NCBI GenBank assembly: GCA_031459875.1
Contig: JAVKHQ010000055.1
Coordinates: forward strand, 1-11,961
Direction: 5' to 3'
DNA length: 11,961 bases
From: Candidatus Fervidifonticultor sextus
GTDB taxonomy: Bacteria; Sysuimicrobiota; Sysuimicrobiia; Sysuimicrobiales; Humicultoraceae
Part shown: positions 1 to 7,622 of the stretch, piece after piece
Position numbering within the stretch: position 1 is the first letter of the stretch
Layout: each line of letters opens with the position of its first letter
The notes under the pieces: generated by a model
Databases searched by the model: none
What the model was told of the DNA's origin: nothing
What the model saw: the letters and a program-made list of their open reading frames with translations, nothing else
Translations under genes and position numbers: made by a program

Positions 1-276
1 GTCCCCAACCGCTACATCAAAGCGCCTCCCAACCTGGAGGGGCGCTACATCCAGGAAGACATCGGCTTTGGATTGGTCCCGCTGCAGGCGTTTGCGCGCG
101 CGGCCCGGGTCGCCGTCCCCACGGTGGACGCATTCGTCCACCTGGCCTCGACGGTGACCGGCGTGGACTACGCGCAGGTAGGGCTGAACGCCGAACGGCT
201 GGGCATCGCCGGGGCCGCCCGCGAGGCGGTCGAGCGCCTCGTGGAGACCGGCCCCTGGCCGGAAGGGGGGCACTGA
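1..276 (+). CDS. NAD/NADP octopine/nopaline (opine) dehydrogenase family, C-terminal part (5' end outside the window)
   Basis: Frame 1 is open from base 1: VPNRYIKAPPNLEGRYIQEDIGFGLVPLQAFARAARVAVPTVDAFVHLASTVTGVDY...GLNAERLGI. This matches the RYxxEDxxxGLVP...PxxDxxxxLAS...G C-terminal signature of opine dehydrogenases. Stop TGA 274-276 overlaps the next ATG (TGATG). Confidence 0.85.
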   Translation, partial: VPNRYIKAPPNLEGRYIQEDIGFGLVPLQAFARAARVAVPTVDAFVHLASTVTGVDYAQVGLNAERLGIAGAAREAVERLVETGPWPEGGH

Positions 277-1412
277 TGGCGACTCCGCAGACGAATCCCG
301 ATCCCGCCGTCCTGCAACGGCTGCGCGCAGGGCTGCGGGCAGCCGGCCTCGATGCCGCTGTGGCCATGTCGCAGGACAACGCCGCCTACACCCTGGGCGT
401 CGGCGTCCCATCACACCGGCTGATCCGAGAGCGGCGGGTGGCTGTCCTGGTGCCCTGTGAGCAGGCTCCGGCCGTCGTGGCGGTGACGGTCGAGGAGTCG
501 TTCCTCCAGGCTAACACCTCCGGCGTCGAGATCCGTCCCTACGACGAGCACACCGAGACCGCCATCCAGGTCCTCGCCCGACTCCTCACAGAGCGGGGGC
601 TGGCGACCGGCCGCATCGGCCTGGAGATGGACTTCATCGCCGCCGCAGACTACGCGGAACTGATCCGGCTGCTGCCGGGCGCGGCATTCGCCGACGCCGC
701 GACGCTCTTCAAACGCAGCCGGTGGGTCAAGACCCCCCGCGAGCTGGAGCGGATCCGGCGCGGAGGCCGCATCGCCGACGAGGCGGTGCGCGAGGCCTTC
801 ACCGCCGCCTCCGCCGGGATGACCGAGCGCGACCTGGCCGTCGCCATGACGGAGGGGTTCTTGCGGCGCGGGGGCGATGACGTCAGGATGGTCGTGGTCG
901 GGGCCGGCGAACGCAGCAGCCACCCCAACGCGCCGCCCACCGACCGGCCGCTGGCCCGCGGCGACATCGTCCGCGTGGACTTCCTGGGCACCGTGGGCGG
1001 GTACTGCACCGACTGCGCCCGCACGGCCGTGGTGGGCGAACCCACCTCCGAGCAGCAGCGGATCTACGGGGCCATCGCCTCGGTGCACCGGGAGGTGCTC
1101 GGTCGGATCGGACCGGGCTGCCGGACGCGGGACCTCTACGATCTCTACGACGCCCGCGCACGGGAACACCGACTCCAGCCGCTGCGCTTCCTCGGCCACG
1201 GGCTCGGCCTGGGCCTGCACGAAGGACCGTTCATTGACCACCAGACGGATGTGATCATGGAGCCCGGCATGGTCTTCGCCATCGAGCCCGTCCACTTCGT
1301 CCCGCACGAGGTCGGCTTCCACCTGGAGGACGTCGTGGTCGTGACGCCTGCGGGCTGCGAGGTGGTGACCGACGCGACGCAGACGGCCACCCTGTGGCCC
1401 ATCCGCGCGTGA
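276..1412 (+). CDS. Xaa-Pro peptidase family protein (peptidase M24, creatinase N-domain plus pita-bread fold)
   Basis: 378 aa. Domain linker RWVKTPRELERIR; metal ligands retained in VRVDF, YCTDCART, GHGLGLGLHEGP, AIEP and HLEDVVVVT. Translationally coupled to the upstream gene. Confidence 0.92.
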   Translation: MATPQTNPDPAVLQRLRAGLRAAGLDAAVAMSQDNAAYTLGVGVPSHRLIRERRVAVLVPCEQAPAVVAVTVEESFLQANTSGVEIRPYDEHTETAIQVLARLLTERGLATGRIGLEMDFIAAADYAELIRLLPGAAFADAATLFKRSRWVKTPRELERIRRGGRIADEAVREAFTAASAGMTERDLAVAMTEGFLRRGGDDVRMVVVGAGERSSHPNAPPTDRPLARGDIVRVDFLGTVGGYCTDCARTAVVGEPTSEQQRIYGAIASVHREVLGRIGPGCRTRDLYDLYDARAREHRLQPLRFLGHGLGLGLHEGPFIDHQTDVIMEPGMVFAIEPVHFVPHEVGFHLEDVVVVTPAGCEVVTDATQTATLWPIRA

Positions 1413-1428
1413 GGCCTCGCGGCGTTCC

Positions 1429-2530
<1,102 letters not shown>

Positions 2531-2677
2531 TTATGCCCGGCCTTTGTTTTTTGTAGACTTCTCCGCCCAGCCATAGAGTCCGTCGATTGATAGTGGACCC
2601 GAAGACCGGCGGCAGGACCGCCAGGCTCCTCCAACATCTTTGCAGGTGGATGATCAGCAATTACAGGCAAATTTGCA

Positions 2678-2705
2678 AGAGGAATAGCAATTATAACCGA
2701 AGAAT
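2678..2705 (+). promoter_or_regulatory. sigmaH-like promoter upstream of the small peptide gene
   Basis: AGAGGAATA-12 nt-GAAGAAT fits the Bacillus sigmaH consensus RNAGGAWWW-(11-12)-RNNGAAT. It lies in an AT-rich island about 47 nt upstream of the ATG. Confidence 0.5.
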
Positions 2706-2752
2706 CCCCGAGCCTGGAGCTCCCCAAAAACCCCCGTGGTAAGGAGGACGCC

Positions 2753-2887
2753 ATGAAGAGAGCGCTTCGCATCGTGGCGGCGGTCGTCGCCGCCGTCCTG
2801 TTGATCGCCGCCTCACCGATGTTCGTCCCGGCCGACGGGCCCACGCAGGTGCGCGTCGCAGGGGGCGACGACGCGGACGGAGGCTAA
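2753..2887 (+). CDS. Small secreted propeptide (44 aa), candidate RRNPP-type signalling peptide precursor
   Basis: Absent from the ORF track. SD TAAGGAGG 2740-2747, ATG 2753, TAA 2885-2887. MKRALRIVAAVVAAVLLIAASPMFVPADGPTQVRVAGGDDADGG has a basic N-region, a hydrophobic H-region and a short polar tail. It is adjacent to an HTH-TPR gene. Confidence 0.8.
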   Translation: MKRALRIVAAVVAAVLLIAASPMFVPADGPTQVRVAGGDDADGG

Positions 2888-2983
2888 ACACCGAGCAATC
2901 GAGTCGGTGATCGCGTGATTCGGTGCTGAGGAGGGAAGCCGGGCGGCCCGCGCAGGCGCCGGACGGGGGGCTCCTAGGCTCTA

Positions 2984-3012
2984 TTGCCTGTCCGGGGAGG
3001 CTGTGGTAAATT
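2984..3012 (+). promoter_or_regulatory. sigma70/sigmaA promoter of the HTH-TPR regulator (near-leaderless transcript)
   Basis: TTGCCT (2984-2989), 17-nt spacer, TAAATT (3007-3012) with extended -10 TG at 3004-3005. The ATG is only 9 nt downstream and has no properly spaced SD. Confidence 0.6.
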
Positions 3013-3021
3013 ACCTCCACA

Positions 3022-4404
3022 ATGGCTAAACCCTCCTCCGCACCTTCTCGCCTGCGGCAACCCGAGTGGCTGCGCCAGTTCGGACGGCGGCTCAGAGCCG
3101 CGAGGGCCCGGGTCGGGCTCACCCAGCAGCAACTGGCCGCGCCGGACCTCAGCAAGAGTTTCATCAGCCTCCTGGAGAGCGCCCGGTCGTACCCTTCGGT
3201 CGAGACCGTCATCGCACTCGCCAAGCGGACGCACACGTCGCTGGCGTCCCTGCTCATGGATCCCAGCGACCTGCGGCTCGAAACGGCCCTCAACCTCCTC
3301 CACCTGGCCTGGACCACGGATCCCGCCCGCCACAGCGCCGATGCCCTGCACCTGGTGGAGACGGCAGAGATCCTCCTGCCCGATATGCCGGCGGAGTTGC
3401 GGGTGCGCTCGATGCTGGTGCGCAGCCGCGTGGCAATGGCCACGGGCCACGTGCACGATGCCGCGCAGATGGCCGATGAGGCGGCCGCGCTCGCCCGCCG
3501 CCTGCGCCTCGGCGGCGCACTGTGTCGCGCGCTCACCCTCAAGGGCGTCGTCCTGGGGCGTCGGGGGGAGTTCCAGGCCGCCATCGAGACACTGGACGAA
3601 GCCCTCAGGCTCATGCGGCGGACGCGGTGCGGCGACTCGGAAGAAGCGGTATGGGCCCTGCTCTCCACGGGCGCGGCTCAGAGGCAGACCGGTCAGGTGG
3701 AAGGCGCCCAGACCTCCTATCAGCGGGCGCTGGAACTGGCCACATCCCTGGGACTCGCGAAGATGCGCGGCCGCGCCCTCACCGGACTCGGCATGGTGGC
3801 ATGGTCGCGGCAGCAACTCGACCTGGCGGTGGACTTCTTCAGCCAGGCCTACAGGGTGTTCGAGGAACTGGAAGACCTCGCCGAAATGGGACGGGTGCTC
3901 AACAACCTTGGGCTCGTCCGCCGGGCCCAGGGGCTCTATGACGAAGCCCTCTCCGTGCTCAACGCGGCCCTCCGGCTCAGGGAGCGCGAAGGCGACGTCC
4001 GCGGCCGCAGTTCGACCCTCGACGAACTCGCGCAGGTGCTCCTCGCCCTGGGCCGGGCGGAGGAAGCGGCCGGCGCGGCCCGCCAGGCGGTCGCCGACGC
4101 CGAGGCCGTGGGCGACCAGGCCCGGCGGGCCGTGGCGCAGGTGACGCTGGCCCGCGTGCTGCGGGCGCAGCGGCATCAGGCGCAGGCCGCAGACCTGCTC
4201 CGGGAGGCCGTGGCCACCCTCACCCGGCTGAACATGACCCCGGAAGTCGCGTCCGCTTCCGCGGAGTTGGGGCTGCTGCTCAGAGAGACCGGCCAGCGGG
4301 AAGAGGCCGTGGACTACTTGGCCAGGGCCCTGACCTTCGCCAGCCACGCTCCCGCGCCCCCTGGGGACGTCGCCAAAGACCTGGACCCGCCGGACGGGAC
4401 GTAG
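3022..4404 (+). CDS. XRE-family HTH plus tetratricopeptide-repeat transcriptional regulator (NprR/PlcR-like RRNPP architecture)
   Basis: The N-terminus FGRRLRAARARVGLTQQQLAAPDLSKSFISLLESARSYPSVETVIALAKR is an HTH_3. The remainder is about 40-aa TPR-like repeats (ALTLKGVVL...A, ALLSTGAAQ...A, ALTGLGMVA...A, VLNNLGLVR...A, TLDELAQVL...A). Confidence 0.9.
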   Translation: MAKPSSAPSRLRQPEWLRQFGRRLRAARARVGLTQQQLAAPDLSKSFISLLESARSYPSVETVIALAKRTHTSLASLLMDPSDLRLETALNLLHLAWTTDPARHSADALHLVETAEILLPDMPAELRVRSMLVRSRVAMATGHVHDAAQMADEAAALARRLRLGGALCRALTLKGVVLGRRGEFQAAIETLDEALRLMRRTRCGDSEEAVWALLSTGAAQRQTGQVEGAQTSYQRALELATSLGLAKMRGRALTGLGMVAWSRQQLDLAVDFFSQAYRVFEELEDLAEMGRVLNNLGLVRRAQGLYDEALSVLNAALRLREREGDVRGRSSTLDELAQVLLALGRAEEAAGAARQAVADAEAVGDQARRAVAQVTLARVLRAQRHQAQAADLLREAVATLTRLNMTPEVASASAELGLLLRETGQREEAVDYLARALTFASHAPAPPGDVAKDLDPPDGT

Positions 4405-4490
4405 GGACGATCCGCTCCACCCTTGCAGGTTTCCCGCCCGCGCGCCTCCGGGCGATCCTCGCCGACCTGCCGCGCGCCACGGGTTACCGC

Positions 4491-4838
4491 GTGGTCGTGA
4501 AGCCGCTGCGGTACCGGACGGCCCCCCACCTCCAGGCCCTCTGCGACTACGACCACAAGACCATCACCATCCAGGTACCCGAGCCGTTCCGGCCGTTCCG
4601 GCAGCGCATCCCGTACCGGGCCCGGCGGATCAAGACGCGCGCCGCCCGGGGAGACCCGTTTGCCTTCCGCTGGTTCTACCGTGACGTTCTCTTCCGCACC
4701 AAGACGGACGTGATCCGGTTCCTCTACTGCCACGAGTACTACCACTACTACCTGCACGACGTGCTGGGCAGGAAGGGTGCCGCGGAGACGGCCTGCGACC
4801 GGTTTGCCCTGGAACACTTCAGGCGCCGAACTCCCTGA
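4491..4838 (+). CDS. Small HExxH zinc-metallopeptidase-like protein (ImmA/IrrE-like motifs); true start may be upstream, about 4407
   Basis: FLYCHEYYHYYLHDVLGRKGAAETACDRFAL contains HExxH plus a downstream E-x-x-C/A-D/N-x-FA helix. Codon usage is strongly GC3. The frame stays open upstream to the stop of the regulator. Confidence 0.7.
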   Translation: MVVKPLRYRTAPHLQALCDYDHKTITIQVPEPFRPFRQRIPYRARRIKTRAARGDPFAFRWFYRDVLFRTKTDVIRFLYCHEYYHYYLHDVLGRKGAAETACDRFALEHFRRRTP

Positions 4839-4996
4839 TGGGCCGTCCTGCCGGCGCGACTGGAACACGCGGCCTCGGGGAAAGAAGGGACCGAGGGTGA
4901 GCCCACGCCGTGGGGAGGCCCAGGTCCCGATTGGTAGGTCTCCGGCAGCCGCAACCGCACCCACCAGTGCAGCCGCAGCAGCCCTTCCAGGACCTC

Positions 4997-5024
4997 TTCA
5001 AGATTTTCCGCCAGGCAGTACCAT
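4997..5024 (+). promoter_or_regulatory. Putative sigma70 promoter for amrB
   Basis: TTCAAG-16 nt-TACCAT, followed by SD-like GAGGGAG (5033-5039) and GTG at 5050. Confidence 0.35.
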
Positions 5025-5049
5025 AGAACCGCGAGGGAGCACCCGGCCC

Positions 5050-6255
5050 GTGAGCCTGCCGAGACTGCGTCCCAACCTGGATGCCTACCCCGTGCGCCTG
5101 AACGGCCGCGACCTCGTCGCCGTCCGCGATCCCGAAGGTGTGGCCGAGAAACCGGTCCTTCTGTCGCCCCAGACCTTCTTCGTGGCGATCCTCCTGGACG
5201 GGGAACGTGACGTCCTGGACGTCCAGGCGGAGTACGCACGCCGGTCGGGCGGGGCGCTGCTGTTCTCCTGGGACCTCCAGCGCATCATCGAGGAACTCGA
5301 CCGCTACGGACTGCTGGAGAGCGACGCCCTGCGCGCGCGCCGCGAGGCCATCGAGACGGCGTTTCGCGCGGCGCCGGTCCGGGCGCCGTTCCACGCCGGG
5401 ACCGCCTATCCGGCCGATCCTCAGGCGCTCCGCCGGATGCTCGCGGGGCACCTGGAGGCCGTGGCGCACGACGAACTGGCCGACCTGCAGCCCCGCGGCA
5501 TCATCGCCCCGCACATCGACCTGGCCCGCGGCGGCTGGTGCTACGGATGGGCGTACGCCGCCCTGGCCCGCCGGCCGCCCCGGACCTGCCTGCTCCTGGG
5601 CGTCGCCCACGGCGCGCCTCCGGTCCCGGTCGTCCTGACCGCCAAGCCGTTTGCGACGCCCCTGGGCACGGTCCCCGTGGACAGGGAGGCGGTCCAGATG
5701 CTCCAGGACCGGCTCGGCGACCTCTCGGCCCACGAGATCGTCCACCGGACCGAACACTCGCTGGAGTTCCAGGTCCTCTTCCTGCAGGCCATCGGAGGGG
5801 ACCGTCCCGCCTCGATCGTCCCCATCCTGGTCTCCGCTCTGGAACGGTGGGTGCCGCCCGGGGAGTCGCCCCGAGGGGTCGACACCGTCGAGCGCGTCAT
5901 CGCCGCCCTCCGGGATGCGATATCCGCCCGCGCCGGCGAGATCGCGGTGGTCGCCGGCGTGGACTTCAGCCACGTCGGAGCCCGCTTCGGCGACTCCGAG
6001 CCGGCTTCGCCGGCGCTGGCCGCGCGGACCTCGGTCCGCGACCGCGAAGTGCTGGAGGCCATCGTCCTGGGGGACGCCGAGGCCTTCTGGAGGCGGGTCA
6101 CGCTGGGCGGCAACCCCCAGCGGATCGACGCGCTGTCGGCGGTCTACATCGCCCTGCGCGTCCTCGAGCCGGTGCGCGGGCGGCTCCTGCGCTACGGCAC
6201 CGCCGAGGATCCCGCGGGCGGGATCGTGTCGTTTGCCAGCCTCGCTCTGCTGTGA
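5050..6255 (+). CDS. amrB: AmmeMemoRadiSam system protein B (MEMO1 family, with N-terminal extension)
   Basis: Motifs HAGTAYP, GIIAPHID, FATPLG, HRTEHSLEFQ and GVDFSHVG are typical of MEMO1-family proteins. Start reassigned to GTG 5050 (SD upstream, VSLPRLRP) instead of 4777. Confidence 0.88.
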   Translation: MSLPRLRPNLDAYPVRLNGRDLVAVRDPEGVAEKPVLLSPQTFFVAILLDGERDVLDVQAEYARRSGGALLFSWDLQRIIEELDRYGLLESDALRARREAIETAFRAAPVRAPFHAGTAYPADPQALRRMLAGHLEAVAHDELADLQPRGIIAPHIDLARGGWCYGWAYAALARRPPRTCLLLGVAHGAPPVPVVLTAKPFATPLGTVPVDREAVQMLQDRLGDLSAHEIVHRTEHSLEFQVLFLQAIGGDRPASIVPILVSALERWVPPGESPRGVDTVERVIAALRDAISARAGEIAVVAGVDFSHVGARFGDSEPASPALAARTSVRDREVLEAIVLGDAEAFWRRVTLGGNPQRIDALSAVYIALRVLEPVRGRLLRYGTAEDPAGGIVSFASLALL

Positions 6256-6265
6256 GAATGCTGCA

Positions 6266-6279
6266 GGAAACTAGTTTCC
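6266..6279. promoter_or_regulatory. Perfect 14-bp palindrome (candidate operator) upstream of the diguanylate cyclase
   Basis: GGAAACTAGTTTCC is its own reverse complement. It is AT-rich in GC-rich DNA and lies 43 nt before the ATG. Confidence 0.45.
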
Positions 6280-6322
6280 CGCCGACTAATCACCCTCCGA
6301 CCGCAGCGCCGCCGGGAGCCGG

Positions 6323-7582
6323 ATGAAAACAGTCGAACAGGTGATGACCCGCGACGTGGTCACCATCGGCGCGGGCAGGACGGTGGCCGAGGCCATTGCG
6401 TTGATGCTCGACCGGGAGGTCGGCGTGCTCCCGGTCATCGAGGATCACCGGCTCGTCGGCCTGATCACCATCCGCGATCTCCTGCGGGCCCTCCCCTACC
6501 GGCCCGTCAGCGAGGTCATGCCGAGGGACCTTGTCACCGCCGCGCCCGAGATGCTCATCACCACCGCGTATGCGCTGATGGAGGAACGGCGGCTGGCCCA
6601 GCTCCCGGTGGTCGAGCAGGACCGGCTCGTCGGGCTCATCACCCGCGAGGACATCCTCCGCGCCCTGGGCCGCCCGGTCGATCCGCTCACGGATCTCCCC
6701 TGGGTCGTCACCCTGCGCGAGCGCGCGGTGGAGCTGCTCAAACAGGGCCATGAGATCGCCATCATCTTCCTGGACCTGGACAACTTCGGCCTGGTGAACA
6801 AGCGGCTCGGACACGTGGTTGGCGATCAGTACATCCGGGCGGCCGCCCAGGCGCTGGGGCGGACGATCGACCGGTCGAAGGACCTGCTCTGCCGCTACGG
6901 CGGCGACGAGTTCGTCATCCTGACGACGCGACCGCGGACGGACGCCGAGGACCTGGGCCGACAGGCGGCCAGGGCCGTCGCCCAGGCCCGTCCCGAAGGC
7001 GCCACGGACGAGTTCGTCCTGAGCGCCTCGACGGGCATTGCCGGGGGCAAGCGCACCACCGAGCGCCACGACATCCACTTCGCCGCCACGGTGGACGACC
7101 TGATCACCATGGCCAGCCTGCAGTCCACCGAGGCCAAGATCGAAAAGGCCAGGAGCCTCCCCTACCTGGGCGAGCTCCGCCCGGCGGCACAGCCCAGGCT
7201 GCAGCTGCGCCGCGTCAGCCTCACCGCACAGGGCCCGGAGGCCGCCGCGGTGGTGGAACTCGGGCTGGGCGACGCACGCTACCTGGGAGAGGCCCGCGGG
7301 CCCAATCTGGGCACGGTGCCGCTCCGGTCGGTGGCCGAAGCGACGCTGCGCGCGGTGACTCAGGCGCTGCGCGGCGGGTGGATGGCGGCTGTGGATGACG
7401 TCTACCTCGTCCGCACGTCGGCCGAGACGCTGGTGGCCGTCACCGTGCTGCTGGGGAAGGCGGGGCTTCCGCCGGAGCGCCACACAGGAACTGCGGTCGC
7501 CGACGCCGACCCTGGTTCGGCCACCGCGCGGGCCACACTGCACGCCATCAACCGCCGGCTCGGCAAGATCCTCTCGGGGTAG
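6323..7582 (+). CDS. CBS-CBS-GGDEF diguanylate cyclase with a C-terminal LeuA-regulatory-like domain
   Basis: Two CBS repeats (VMTRDVVTI...LPVIEDHRLVGLITIRDLL; VMPRDLVTA...LPVVEQDRLVGLITREDIL). GGDEF motifs DPLTDLP, FLDLDNF, N...GHVVGD and RSKD-LLCRY-GGDEF. The C-terminus has two beta-beta-beta-alpha-like repeats ending AEATLRAV and ARATLHAI. Confidence 0.9.
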   Translation: MKTVEQVMTRDVVTIGAGRTVAEAIALMLDREVGVLPVIEDHRLVGLITIRDLLRALPYRPVSEVMPRDLVTAAPEMLITTAYALMEERRLAQLPVVEQDRLVGLITREDILRALGRPVDPLTDLPWVVTLRERAVELLKQGHEIAIIFLDLDNFGLVNKRLGHVVGDQYIRAAAQALGRTIDRSKDLLCRYGGDEFVILTTRPRTDAEDLGRQAARAVAQARPEGATDEFVLSASTGIAGGKRTTERHDIHFAATVDDLITMASLQSTEAKIEKARSLPYLGELRPAAQPRLQLRRVSLTAQGPEAAAVVELGLGDARYLGEARGPNLGTVPLRSVAEATLRAVTQALRGGWMAAVDDVYLVRTSAETLVAVTVLLGKAGLPPERHTGTAVADADPGSATARATLHAINRRLGKILSG

Positions 7583-7622
7583 GCACCCCGCGCCCGCGAC
7601 GTCTGGGAGGGCACGCAGCGCC

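Noticed and set aside
2889..2940. Hairpin CACCGA/TCGGTG after the peptide gene and SD-like GAGGAGG near 2928
   Set aside because: The stem is short with no U-tract, and no start codon follows the SD-like sequence, so no terminator or second peptide is called.
4915..4950. SRP RNA (CAGGTCC motif)
   Set aside because: It lacks the following GGAAGGAAGCAGC helix-8 signature.
4777..5049. N-terminal 91 aa of ORF 4777..6255
   Set aside because: Low-complexity Pro/Arg/Ala sequence that overlaps the upstream gene and spans a promoter and SD. The real start is more likely GTG 5050.
7395..7622. N-terminal extension of the dehydrogenase ORF
   Set aside because: It overlaps the cyclase gene. The Rossmann motif starts right after ATG 7623, which has a good SD.
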